Of a DNA stretch of 64,000 nt, positions 23,451 through 35,117 are shown piece after piece. The first letter of the stretch is position 1; each line of letters begins with the position of its first letter. Location: assembly GCA_963713605.1 (NCBI GenBank), contig CAVQMO010000010.1, forward strand, positions 160,001 to 224,000, read 5' to 3'. The notes beneath the pieces are model-generated. The model was given only the letters and a program-made list of their open reading frames with translations. It ran no database searches and was not told where the DNA came from. Position numbers and translations under genes: made by a program. This stretch comes from an uncultured Nitrososphaerales archaeon. GTDB lineage: Archaea; Thermoproteota; Nitrososphaeria; Nitrososphaerales; Nitrososphaeraceae.

Positions 23451-24442
23451 TTATAACTTGATTTCTGATTGAATCCAGAGATTCTCAAATATGGAAGCAT
23501 ATGATAAAACTGTTGATTCACTATTTGAGTATGTAGCTAAACCAATCGCATCCTCGTCCTCTTTTTCTTCTATTATTAATGATAATTCTCTGTCTGTCAC
23601 TACGGTCGTTAGTCTGGTTTGTATCGACTTCTCTATATTTTGATACCCCTTCAAAGATTTTACCGCATCTTCTTTTAAGGCATAATCCATGCCGATTAGT
23701 ATTCTAACTAAGACTTCATTCTCTGCCTTTCTTTTCAGGATATCTAATATTCCATATTTTTGGTATTGACTTAATGTGTTTGTATGCGAGAATATTATCA
23801 ATATTTCTTCAGTTGCAGAAGATAGAATTTTTGAGATTAGGCTATTTGTTTCTTCAGAATCTTGGATTGTTTCTATGAATTCTCTTTTTATATGTTCTTC
23901 GATCTCCTTTATTCGCTGCTTCGCAGGAATTGCTTTCTTCCATAGCATATCAAAAAAATACTGTTGATGAGCTACAAAAGCTCTCATAGTACTGTAAATT
24001 GTTTCTGTTGGGGATTTGGTTCGAGTACGCTACTCCCAGAAGTAACTGAAATAGATTTAGATACATAATACCGAGAGAAATCACCTAATACAGCTGCTTG
24101 ATAGATTGATTTGTCTGAGATTGAGAAGTTCCCTGCTACTTCATCCAAGTGTCTTAATTCAGTAATTATTTTCATTAACTGCTTACAATAAAGAATATTA
24201 TCCCTTGTGATTTCAGTGATTACTCTAGATTTGATTCCTTGTAAGGCCATATCAGAAATTCCTTTAACAATTGGTTCTGTTGTCATGATTGTTTCAGGGT
24301 TGCTCTTATCAATACATGAATCAATCGTATGCTTTGTAAGAGAGAACCTAGTAAGAGTCATTTTTACGATGTTCTCGAATCCGTAAATAACTTCTGTCCT
24401 CTCCTCCACGTCTTCTGTTTTCGTGGATGGAGTGGAGTTCAT
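23451..24442 (-). CDS. Sensor-kinase-type N-terminal (TrmB/PLD-like) domain protein without kinase domain; frameshift near 23985
   Basis: TEVIYG, ITEITRDNILYCKQL, LRHLDEVAGNFSISD, QQYFFDMLWKKAIPAKQRIKEIE, ATYSNSESTVLSYASIFENLW. Confidence 0.7.
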
Positions 24443-24476
24443 CAAGTAAGTATCGTTATATATGTTATTTAGTACG

Positions 24477-24545
24477 ATCGGGAAGTTCAAAATCCTCCCC
24501 GAAGCGTTAGTACAAATCGGGAAGTTCAAAATCCTCCCCGAAGCG
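24477..24545. repeat. Two identical 30-bp hairpin-forming direct repeats, 9 bp apart
   Basis: ATCGGGAAGTTCAAAATCCTCCCCGAAGCG at 24477 and 24516; degenerate third copy near 24569-24590. Confidence 0.9.
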
Positions 24546-24920
24546 ATAACAAAAGAATATCTCATATCATGAGGAAAATTTAAAATTCTTATATACCTTG
24601 CATCTGCACAAACATCACAACCGTGTTTTAGTGATAGAATATGTCTACCGCCCTTCTGAATAATTCTATTTGAACCGTAAATTACATTCGTGGCTCCAGG
24701 ATAATATTCCCATGAAGTAGCCATAACCTTGCCAGAATGAAAAACTATATTAGAATTCTGATTAACATTGAATATCTCGTCTAACTCCTAATAGTATCCT
24801 CGCTGTTCTGAAAATTCTCCATTGTTATAACAACAGTGAGAAAGTATTATCGTGATCTTTGCAGGCAGGATAAAATTCGTGGTTGGATCAAATTTTTCGG
24901 CTAGAATTGATTGACAGCTA

Positions 24921-25040
24921 TCACTGCCAGCAACAACCTGGTCTTCGATATCTTGCATAAATTTTGTGTTGGATTAGGTCCTGTTCTGAGTCAAATACGG
25001 TATCACACTCTTCACATATGTAAGAGGCAACGTTTGTCAT
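24921..25040 (-). CDS. C2H2-type zinc-finger microprotein (39 aa as read)
   Basis: Manual translation MTNVASYICEECDTVFDSEQDLIQHK... Confidence 0.55.
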   Translation of the reverse strand: MTNVASYICEECDTVFDSEQDLIQHKIYARYRRPGCCWQ

Positions 25041-25421
25041 CGGTGTGCTTCTATGCACTTAGAATTCCATATAAACTTTGATTCGTTTCTTAGCTCACTT
25101 ATTTCTGTTTTTTAGTTTCATGAAAATGCAGTTGGAATGCATAAATGTATAGTTGCAAGCTCTCGCCTATTGACATACTGGGATATAGTATGAATATAGC
25201 ATCAAAAATAACTTCTCTAACAGGTGATATACAAGAAGACACTACAGAAAATAATCAACTAGATTGATTCCACTTTACAATTTAGGGGAACAAGTACATA
25301 GATATATATCCCCATAACAATATCGACTTTGAAACTTGCTGAAGTTGCTAAGCGGTGTTAGGTCAATGAGCATGTAAAAGAAATTATGTCCATGAAACAC
25401 AGTCACAAAGACAGAACGGCG

Positions 25422-26300
25422 CTAGGGTATGTAAGCAACAATATTCAATCTGACAAAGTCAAGGCGCAATTGCTCATCCAATCCGTTACTATACTTCTTA
25501 ATTTCACTTAGGAACGTGTCGAGAAAGAGAGATTTTAATCTCTCATCATCATTACTACTATTATTGTTTACCGACAGATGATCCAGATAGGATTTCATTA
25601 TTACCGTTTTTATAAACTTCGCATACACATTACGATTTGGGAAAACTACAGAATCTTTGGATGAGTGTACATTTCTATTTACATATCCTGCCTCTTGTAA
25701 CAACTTGTCTGTCTCATCCGGTTTAGCAAAATGCCATGGTTGCTTCCAGTCTGTGAAGTATGCTTTGAATTGAGACGAATGTGCAATTCTTTCTAACATC
25801 GTGATAATATGTTGTAGATTTCCATACGCTCCACACTGAATTAACAGTTGACCACTGTTTTCAGTTCTGCTGGAATAATTGTCATCATCTACTCTATTGT
25901 TTTTATTTGGTTTTAGCATTCCCCAAAAGCTTTGAAATGCTTTTCTGTGATCTTGCACCCAGTGGAACGCTGAATTAGAAAAGATAACATCCACCTTTCT
26001 TGGCAGCTTTACGTCAGTGAAACTAGACTGAACTATTTCGACATTATCAAAGCATCGAAGATTAGTCCTTGCTTGTTTTATCATATTAGAATCAATGTCA
26101 ACAGCATAGACTTTTCCATGTGGAACTTTCTTGGCTAAATCTCTGGTCAGCAGTCCCGTACCACATCCTGCATCCATAACAATTTCATTCCCATACCAGC
26201 TTCGCAATTCAATGACTTGTTGGCCCCATCTATACTGAACTGGATATGAAATTTGATCATATGCATGTGCATCCCAAGACCCTTCTATTTTGTGTCTCAA
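25422..26300 (-). CDS. Trans-aconitate 2-methyltransferase-like SAM methyltransferase
   Basis: WDAHAY, MDAGCGTG, DVIFSNSAFHWV, LDFVRLNI. Confidence 0.85.
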   Translation of the reverse strand: MRHKIEGSWDAHAYDQISYPVQYRWGQQVIELRSWYGNEIVMDAGCGTGLLTRDLAKKVPHGKVYAVDIDSNMIKQARTNLRCFDNVEIVQSSFTDVKLPRKVDVIFSNSAFHWVQDHRKAFQSFWGMLKPNKNNRVDDDNYSSRTENSGQLLIQCGAYGNLQHIITMLERIAHSSQFKAYFTDWKQPWHFAKPDETDKLLQEAGYVNRNVHSSKDSVVFPNRNVYAKFIKTVIMKSYLDHLSVNNNSSNDDERLKSLFLDTFLSEIKKYSNGLDEQLRLDFVRLNIVAYIP

Positions 26301-26528
26301 TTGCCAGCCAGCCCTATCCCAGTTATTGGTTATGCCTGACTATTAATAATCTGATAGTCAAGCCCAAATGAGTTGTTTATATCTATCTTTCAAACATTTA
26401 GCTTTTGCTATTATGTGATATTGAGTGCAGATAGCAATGCTATTCCCTGTAACTTTCTGTATTAGTTTGGTATCAGAATGAGCTCAATTAATTCAGATTT
26501 GTTTTTCGCATTAGTTCAAGCCCTAAAG

Positions 26529-26770
26529 CTATAGTTGAGGTGACAAATTCTCGAATGGAATCGTTCCACCCTTCCATTCCCACTCTGCAAAACGGTTAAT
26601 GCCCTCCTCAGGAGAGTATTCGACTTGACCTATTGCTACCAGGTCGTCAAGGAATGCTAGCTGCCCAGTGGAGTTTGTGCTAAAATACGTAACACTAGTT
26701 CCATTTCCTGGGCCATCAGGACTTGTACGAGTGAGCAAAACAAAGCTGATAGTTGCATTTTCGCCGTCTT
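26529..26770 (-). pseudogene. C-terminal fragment of an exported protein
   Basis: DGENATISFV...YFSTNSTGQLAFLDDLVAIGQ...EWEWK; no N-terminus found. Confidence 0.4.
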
Positions 26771-26960
26771 CTGCTGCTGCACCGCCTTCATTCCTGACTT
26801 GTTGCCTCTTTGTGTTTTATATAATATTATATTATGCATCTTACAATGTAAATATCAGGGCCAGTCTGTCCTCCACACCTTTCTAGTCCTCTAGCCTGTA
26901 TTATTACATTTTATGAATAAGTTAATATGGTATGGTGTGTTTAGGGTATTAGAAAGAAAC

Positions 26961-27137
26961 ATGGGTAAGTGGAAATGCCTATGGTGTTCGAAAGTGTTGG
27001 AAGGGGAATCGTTTATGGACCTGGTTGAGGCCTCCATCAAGGAAGAAAGCGGGCAACACGTACACGGCTGGGAAAATATAACGTCAGTCGATGTAAAGGC
27101 AACTGCAGTACAAAAGAATAAACTATTGTCGGTTTAG
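26961..27137 (+). CDS. 58-aa zinc-finger-like microprotein, paralog of 2297..2473
   Basis: MGKWKCLWCSKVLEGESFMDLVEASIKEESGQHVHGWENI...; start chosen by alignment with the first copy. Confidence 0.7.
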   Translation: MGKWKCLWCSKVLEGESFMDLVEASIKEESGQHVHGWENITSVDVKATAVQKNKLLSV

Positions 27138-27474
27138 TCTTCCTCTGTTTTATTATTTCTTGCTGATCGTCGTAGTTGTCCTTCAAAATAGTGCGTTCTT
27201 TATTTTTCGCGTTTTGCACATTAGTTAAGATAGTGTAGGCAACACATAAAAAACAAAGTCCTATCCACAATATTCCTATATTGAACCCCTCGTTAACCAA
27301 TACGGCACTAACCAATATAGAACTGTCAGGACGACCGTCATACAAAGATGAGTTGGATTCCTCAGATAGCTGATCTAGCCAAGATCCATAAGTTATATTA
27401 TCCAAAATAGATGTTATTATACAAGCTATATCATAAACTATTAAATTCTGCGCTATGCAATTATAACACTCATA

Positions 27475-28116
27475 ATGCATGATTCTCACCTTAGTGCAAT
27501 ACGCAAGAATTTTCTATGTGTACTTTTTTTCATGCTATCTGTTTCCTCGCTTCTTGATTTGATGGGTTCATCTGCTGGAACCGCAGATGCTTCGAACGAT
27601 CCGTACGATTCGGGATATGATCATGGTTGTGCTGATGCAAAAATCTCAGAACCATCGGATAGATATATAAACCAACCAGAAAAAGGTCTAGCGTTTCACT
27701 CAGATTTATTTATGCAAGGGTACTATGATGGATACGATGCATGTACTACTAGTATAGAAAATATACCTTCATCTGATGCAGAAACATTCAAAATAGACGC
27801 AACGATTGATTTTGATCGTCAAGCGATCCTGAAAGCAAATGGAAATAATCTAGGTGATGCATGGTTTTCAATTAATGGAGTAAGGTATGGTGAAGGAACC
27901 TATTATGATATGATCGACTGGGTGTACGATGATGATGTTGAGATACGTGGAATAAATACTAATTCTTTATCCAGAGTCTTAGAACCACCTTATTCTTTGG
28001 AACCAGGTCAGGACATTCAGATATGCCTTAATGATGATAAAGGTTATCACGCTTGTAAAACAATTGTAAACTCCGAAGATAAGCGGCCAGAGAAAGTAAA
28101 TTTTAGCTATCCATAA
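27475..28116 (+). CDS. Secreted hypothetical protein
   Basis: Signal peptide; PYDSGYDHGCADA...FMQGYYDGYDAC motif. Confidence 0.6.
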   Translation: MHDSHLSAIRKNFLCVLFFMLSVSSLLDLMGSSAGTADASNDPYDSGYDHGCADAKISEPSDRYINQPEKGLAFHSDLFMQGYYDGYDACTTSIENIPSSDAETFKIDATIDFDRQAILKANGNNLGDAWFSINGVRYGEGTYYDMIDWVYDDDVEIRGINTNSLSRVLEPPYSLEPGQDIQICLNDDKGYHACKTIVNSEDKRPEKVNFSYP

Positions 28117-28437
28117 TTTGTTTTCGATGAGACAACGTGAACGAGTAGCCCTATTATTATTTAGTCACAGCCCGTGAAGCCATACCAAATGTCTAGTTGT
28201 TTGTACGTTCTGTACAATAGTAGCGTTCAGTCAATCACTTTATAAAATTTTAATCATAAAACCTTCCGCAGCCTTTAAGATGGGAGTCCTCTCACATATC
28301 ATAACATTCCTTTTCTGAGAAAATTCTTATCGACTAACCCCCTTTCCTGAGTTTGCCAAACGTAGTCAAGCTGATAAAATACGAAAGTTTAGGATTCGCC
28401 ACCCGTTCCCTTTCCTATTACAAGGCTTGGAAAGGGA

Positions 28438-29001
28438 TTACTTTTTGTGTTTTTCAATAACCTTTCTCATTCTTTCACGCTCTTCTTGAGAAGGTTTTAC
28501 TACATTTGTGTTCAGGATAAAGTACTTCCCTCCGTAGTAGGCTAATGGTACTTTGTCAGGATTATTAGATGCTTCCATAACTTCTCCTACAAATGTAGTG
28601 TGGTCGCCAAGTGGAATTGCATTTGATAGTATGCATTCAATATTTACTGCAGCTCCTTTTATCATGGTGGCCTTGATTTTCTTAGCTTCGTAGAATTCAA
28701 ACCCGAGTTCTTTTAGAGCATTAATCTTGTTATACCTGCTGGCTGTATAACCACCAGCTACACTTGACATTATTGATTGATCTGTGCTACACAGATTAAC
28801 TCCGAATTCCTTTGTTTGTTTTATGTTCTCATGGGTTGCCTTATTTGGGCCTATACAAACAGCTATCAAACCAGGTCTGTAAGATACATGATGTGTCCAT
28901 TCGCAGGCCATCACATCTGCTCCGTAAGGTCCATTTGTCGTAATTAATCCAACGTTAGTTATGAATTTGTTTGATCTTTCATCATTCCAAGGTAAGTCCA
29001 C
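28438..29001 (-). CDS. Flavin reductase family protein
   Basis: VGLITT, THENIKQTKEFGVN, IEC, LGDHTTFVGEV. Confidence 0.9.
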   Translation of the reverse strand: MDLPWNDERSNKFITNVGLITTNGPYGADVMACEWTHHVSYRPGLIAVCIGPNKATHENIKQTKEFGVNLCSTDQSIMSSVAGGYTASRYNKINALKELGFEFYEAKKIKATMIKGAAVNIECILSNAIPLGDHTTFVGEVMEASNNPDKVPLAYYGGKYFILNTNVVKPSQEERERMRKVIEKHKK

Positions 29002-30435
29002 AGACTTGTCACTTCAATTACTGTTATGACATTATTATTGTTAGCGTTAGAAATAGTCGATAATGCTCCACGTTACTGACTGATCTTCATATTTTGAATA
29101 TCCGTTAATTTCTCTTCCATTCCTTTCACATTTATTGTGATAGCTCTTTCAAACGTACCGCGACATACTACCACTATATCTTTGGCAAGATGACATCAAA
29201 CGCGGCCAAATGAGATATCACAAAGATTTAGGGGCTTCTCTATTTTTGTTAAACGGCACTGGTACAATTAATGTGCTTCAAGTAACTAATAATCTAGAGT
29301 GATTTATCATTATTAATACAAATTAAACAGATACAATATTAAGAACACGTTATTAGGAAGAAAGTACCTATAATAGGTAGAAATCCAAACGATTTCTTTA
29401 TTGACATTGTAGGGCGATCCAGATGGAAACCTGGCTGGCTCGCTCTATTTTTCCTTATCATGATATTATGATGTTCTGTAAAAATATGTTATGCGAAAAG
29501 AGAATTGATCTTTATAAACGTTATCTAAAAAAGGATGAACTTACCGGTATGGACAAGCTTACTTTAACAAATAAAAAAGAATGGGTATGATCTACCCCTT
29601 GAATAAAGATAAAGGTGATTTGTCCACAGTGTCAGTCCGAAGGTAAAAGTTACTGCAGCCTCATCGAGAGTAGGTACCTAAATCATCCAACAATTACTTC
29701 AGACTGTATCAGACTAAATCTCTCCTTCTTTACAACCACATAGAGTTGTCAAGCGATTATATTTCTAGTAATACTATCCATGTTATGAAATGACTGGAAG
29801 AACTGAAAAACATCAACAGCAGGCTGGTTTAGATCTGGTATCCGGAATGATTTCGAATATTCTTGGGTCAGTTAACAGTGGGACTATTACAATAGATATT
29901 GATAAACAACCCTTATTGAGGCTTATAATAAACCAAGGGGATACACAAAAAATAAATTTAGAGTTTGGACAGAAATTCACGGAGATGCTTTTTGAGGTGG
30001 GTACTAAGATGATTTCTGGCAAGTTAAAGAACCTTTCATAAATGGGGTAGTGGTCGATGATCCTTATCCAGAAGATTCTGTGATGTAATAGCAGTCTTGA
30101 AGGACAAGAATAATAAAAACATGAATCACTAAATTTATGATAGAAAGGAGAATAAATATTATTACTATCCCGTGGCAGTGGAAGTTACTATCAAGTAAGC
30201 AGTGCAATTTATTGCTCTAGAATCCCATTTAACAAGTCCCCTCTTGAATAATTCAACAAATGCTTAGAATCCAATTATAGCTTTTGTGGATTTACATTGA
30301 AATGGAGGCTATTGATGTCCTCATCGAATCCAAAAAACGCTGGTAATAATCTGTACTGCTCCAATAATGCGTTGGCCGTCTAACATTCTATGATCATATA
30401 TATGGAACAGTGATATTTCAAGATCGCTGAAGAGA

Positions 30436-31701
30436 TTGAAGATTATATTTCAAGATCCAACTTTCTCATTACAGTTGTTGAGAGCCCTCTCTGAAACCTA
30501 CTATAGAGGAGCGGATGTAGGTGAGTGTTTATCCACCGCATATCGTATCACAGAAGGTGATTTCGAGAGTTGGCATAAGGAGTGGCTAAAGACGGCAAAA
30601 CGAATTCAAAGTTACGCAGATGAATGTCTTGCTAAAGGCCATGCCATAAGTGCGAGGGATGCATATCTTAGAGCTTCCAATTACTATCGAGTCTCTGAAT
30701 TTATGTTAATTGATCCACAAGACCCTCGGATCCAAATCACATGGGGAAATAGCAAAGAATGTTTTAGTAAGGCTGCAGCGCTCTTTCCATTCTATGTAGA
30801 ATCAATAGAGATACCATACAAGCAAGGTGCAATGCTGCCTGGCTATTTTTATCATAATTCAAAGAAAAGTGTTTACGATATTAATACGGATGAGGGCATG
30901 AAAAGTAAAGAAACTGGAAATAAATTGTCTCGACCAACTATCATAGTTCATGGTGGTTTTGATTCGACTTTAGAAGAATTGTATTCATCGTCTGCAGCAC
31001 CAGCGCTGGAGAGGGGATATAATTGCTTGACGTTTGAGGGTCCTGGTCAAGGAGGCGTAATTCGTAAGCAGAATATTCCTTTTAGATATGATTGGGAAGA
31101 AGTTGTAACTCCTGTTATTGATTATGCCATAAGAAGGAAAGAAGAATTTGGTATTGACGTAAACCAAATAGCATTAATGGGTATAAGTATGGGTGGCTAT
31201 CTAGCTGCTAGAGCTGAGCTTTTGATCATCGCATATCTGCCTGTATACTTTATAATGGAGTTTATGACGGATATGACGCTATTACATCAGCATTTCCTAA
31301 ATCTTTATTAAATGCACTAGGCGAAGATAATTCGAAATTTGTAAATTCAGCGATTACAGATCTTATGAAGTCTGATCCGAATACTAGATTTAACGTGAAA
31401 CACGGAATGTGGACAACAGGATCTGATTCACCTTATGATCTTATTACTGGCGCAAGAAATTACACTTTAAAAGATATAATAAAAAATATCACCTGCCCCA
31501 CATTAGTCCTTGACGCTGAAAAGGACGACTCCTTTCCTGGACAACCAAAGAAGGTATACGATAATTTAATGACTTCAAAAAAGTACATATTATTTACTCA
31601 AGACGAAGGTGCAGAAGAGCACTGTCAATGCGGAGCAAGCTGCTTTATCAAATCAACGAATATTCGACTGGCTTGATGAAGTTTTTGACCATCACAAGTG
31701 A
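30436..31701 (+). CDS. Alpha/beta hydrolase (2,6-dihydropseudooxynicotine hydrolase-like), two frameshifts
   Basis: HGGFDS, FEGPGQG, nucleophile elbow GISMGG, EKDD and HCQ in downstream frames. Confidence 0.85.
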
Positions 31702-32179
31702 AGCGAGAAAGCAAATGGATAATCAATGGTGATACTTAGCGAATTCTTCTTGTCATTACTGTTCAAGCCCGATAATAACTATATTCTCTGTAACTTCACA
31801 AGAGGATTATGCTTCAAAAGCTACTTCCAGTAGAAATCTAGAGATTGTTAATGCTTAAAACATAAGGAATAATTATTGACTCGCTCCACGACCTCACATT
31901 ATATATCAAGCGATTCTTATTAACCAATATCCGATCTGCTAACATAATTTCAGAATCTTTAGATAGGCATCCGTTCGGATAGCGATCAAGGATTCAAACT
32001 GGATCTACACTGGTATCAAATTTGGTTCACACACCACTGGTTGCAATCATGTTATATTACTAGACCCATAATGAGGGTATACGTAGCTAGCTAGCGTAAA
32101 GATGCAAATTCTGAATTTAATAAAATGAAAGAAACTTTATAAAAACAGAAGTCAATGGGAAATCATATTCCCATCAACT

Positions 32180-33193
32180 CTGTCTTGATAACTCATCTGC
32201 TGTTAGTATATAACGCTCCTGGTATCCGGGGCGTCGATTCGAAAAGAATACGTCAGCATCATTCAGCAATTGATTGAATTTTTCTAGATCTGCTTTTTCA
32301 TGTAAATCAAGGATGCTTGACCTCATACCGACATGAGATGTCCAGTAGAATAAATCTAATTCCCAGTCGAGTGGCTGCCAGATGTTCAGAACCTCTGCTC
32401 CGAAAAGGGCCAGATCTCTACCAATACGCTGGTCCGGCGATCACATGGCCCATCCCGAGTGCTCGCACCCCATCCAGAGGAGTCCTACCTCCTGGTTTGA
32501 AGGGAACCGGGTCACTCTCGCCTATCTTCTCCACCCTGATCAGAGGCTCTCTTGAGAGTACCTCTGTATACTGAGGTTCTTTCATAAATTCTTGGGTGGT
32601 GCGGAGCATCGCAAATGGCAGACCTGCTTGCGAAGCGGCCGTCTCTAGTTCATCAGCACGCCACTGCAATATTGCATTCTGAACGGCATTGACACTATCG
32701 TCACATCTGAGCAAGGTGGTTGCACGAGCTCGCAGTCTGGGATAGACGTTGGCAGGCATTATCCAACGTCCGTCGCGTGTCTTATGCCACAAAGTCATAC
32801 TGGGATATTGAATGAAAGGATTTTCCGGATCGGATGCAAATGAAAGCTTTATGACCATTAATCATCTCCCATTCGCGCTCGAAGAAAGGTGCAAACCGCC
32901 GCAGCGCCTTGCGGACGTCGACATGAATATCTTGTCCTTCCCCACTTCTAAATCTCCAGACGGCAGATGCTGCCTACAGCTTTGGCGGCCAAACCGATCG
33001 CCGACATCTCTCCGAATCTGAGACAGCTTGGCACGATCGGATCCTTCCCATAAAATGTGATCTTTCCTCCACTGTCAGCGGCTGACAGTCCGACACCACT
33101 TAGAACTTTATCTAAGGCAGTGTATAAATCAAACTCAGGGGAACTGACAGGATCGTTGAGGTTTGATCTGAGTGTTTCAGACAAAGTACGCAT
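32180..33193 (-). pseudogene. CoA-transferase family III (CaiB/BaiF), truncated and frameshifted, GC-rich
   Basis: TRDGRWI, PLDGVRALGMGHVIAGP, LDLHEKADLEKFNQLLNDADVF..NRRPG; C-terminus missing. Confidence 0.75.
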
Positions 33194-33607
33194 TTGACCA
33201 ATCGCTCATTCATGTTTGAATGTCATTTTTGTTTCTTATAAGGATTCCATCCTCGTGGAACAAAGACTTGGTTGCCTGGATGGACGTGCATAAAGACGAA
33301 ATTGACGAAGGAAATATCGATATCTTTCTAGGCTATAGACGCCAACAAACTCAAAGATTAAAATCATAGTTAAAACATAGGGCTGTTTCGAACTTCAACA
33401 CGCACTCATTTCGAAGTTCAAGGAGGAAGGAAGGTTACTAGTAAGAGGGTAACAAAGTCCCAAGCTTGAATTTTGTAAAATAAAATGGTAAACTAGGCGT
33501 TCGGTTGACTGCTTAGCAACTTCCCATTATCGGTATCATGTACCTAAGAATAATTTGCTAAGGAATAAACATAGAATTACCACCAGGAGTATCAGCTACT
33601 AAAGCAG

Positions 33608-33838
33608 TTACTGGATTATCATAACCATAGACTTGGTTGGATCACTTTCTAGTCCAACACGTAAAGTAAACACAATATCCGGATTATCGTCGATCACTAG
33701 AATCCTTTTCTGCCGTTGGGGTTCAAAAGATAAAGTTGAGGAATGCGATTTTACATCGTCTGGTTCTAAATGTCGATTATGGGTAGCTCCCTTCTTCGAT
33801 TCTGCATTACCGTTGGGAGCTTTATTCACATTCCTCAA
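33608..33838 (-). pseudogene. Response regulator receiver N-terminal fragment
   Basis: KRILVIDDNPDIVFTLRVGLE then truncated. Confidence 0.65.
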
Positions 33839-33854
33839 TCATCCATTGATTATC

Positions 33855-34140
33855 CTATTCTGCAACTATTGTGTACTGAATATCTTGTACAAAATTGGGA
33901 TCCGAACAGTCTGGATCTGGGCATATCAAGCTTGATTTGAAATGAATCGGATAAGTACCGTTTTTAAGGGGTTCAGTTAATATGTAGAATCCATCAGCTA
34001 CCGCTTTAGAAGGCCCACCTTCTAGAACTCCAAAAATTCCTTTGTTAGGGAAGGCGACGTCAAAGGCATCCGTGTGAATCCTATATTTGAGAAGATCTTG
34101 GTAACCGTACTCCTTGTCGCCTATCTTAAGATATAAGCTA
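33855..34140 (-). pseudogene. C-terminal fragment of an exported protein
   Basis: Manual translation GDKEYGYQDLLKYRIHTDAFDVAFPNKGIFGV...AVADGFYILTEPL...CPDPDC...YTIVAE*. Confidence 0.5.
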
Positions 34141-34586
34141 TTGACGCTATCTTGATCCTTCTTTGCACTTGTGTCCAGCTGGGCTCAATTGTATCTGGAA
34201 TATTTTTTATCCTAAAATAGTCTTGATCATCTATGTCATTGAAAATAGCAAAAAGACCTGAAATTGCTGCTCCAGCAAATATGGGAGTTAGTTCATCACT
34301 TAACCGCTGCTTGTTATCGCAGTTACTTTTTATAACATTTCTTAATCCCTCAATTCCTTCCTTCTGTTTCATTCTATTTAACCATCAGAATCTAACTTAC
34401 ATTTAATGTAATACCGCATACCATTTAGAGACTATAAGAAATTAACCATTTTATCTTCACAAGTACCTTATGTGTGTGTTGTTAGCAGCTTCCCCTCAGA
34501 TTAATTCCAGTCAGTTGCATTGAATTAGCACGAGAACTACAGTCGGCCCAAGAGTGTGGGCACCATTTTTGACATGAAAATTGGGC

Positions 34587-35117
34587 TCACATCTCTAGCG
34601 CTGAACGAACCTGTTCAGGTAAATTGAGCAGTATCTGCGCTCCTCGATACTGATTCAATGCCGCTTCAACAAGATGATCGCGAAGGACAATCCTTTGATC
34701 ATCTTTCAATGATTGATACTCTTCAAGAAGAACAGTAGAGTAATTACTTTCGTACATGGATGGATCAATTTTATATCTACTTATAAATGAGGAAAATATA
34801 GTTGAGACTTCACTACTCTCTAACTTTGACACTACCACAAGCCAAGTTCGAATCACCTTCTTCAAGGTCTCTTTATCTGCTGAGGATAGACCATCCAATA
34901 TTGAGTCGATGAATTCGTCCCGAGTTTTCGAGTCTTTAGCACAAAGTTCCTGCAGCCTGCTTCTCATCATAGACTCACGTAAGAAGTCAGGAAGATTCGA
35001 TAAGATTCGAATGATATCCTCTGTAGGATATTTCTGTAACTCATCTGGCATATCTTTGATAACTTCGGGACATCTCTTATTAAGTATAAGCACATTAAGA
35101 GCGATAATGGCCTTCAA
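34587..35117 (-). CDS. Helical hypothetical protein
   Basis: IIRILSNLPDFLRESMMRSRLQE; clean ORF, probable start MPDE. Confidence 0.6.
   Translation of the reverse strand: MKAIIALNVLILNKRCPEVIKDMPDELQKYPTEDIIRILSNLPDFLRESMMRSRLQELCAKDSKTRDEFIDSILDGLSSADKETLKKVIRTWLVVVSKLESSEVSTIFSSFISRYKIDPSMYESNYSTVLLEEYQSLKDDQRIVLRDHLVEAALNQYRGAQILLNLPEQVRSALEM

Noticed and set aside
24477..24545. Possible CRISPR mini-array
   Set aside because: Only two repeats, 9-bp spacer that is itself partly repeated, and no cas genes in the window.
24443..24724. N-terminal extension of the 246-aa ORF (repeated RILNFP)
   Set aside because: Arises from reading through the DNA repeat; a TATA-like box and ATG at 24442 give a better start.
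29411..29445. Possible fluoride riboswitch (GGCGAT start)
   Set aside because: Lacks the rest of the consensus and no crcB or related gene follows.
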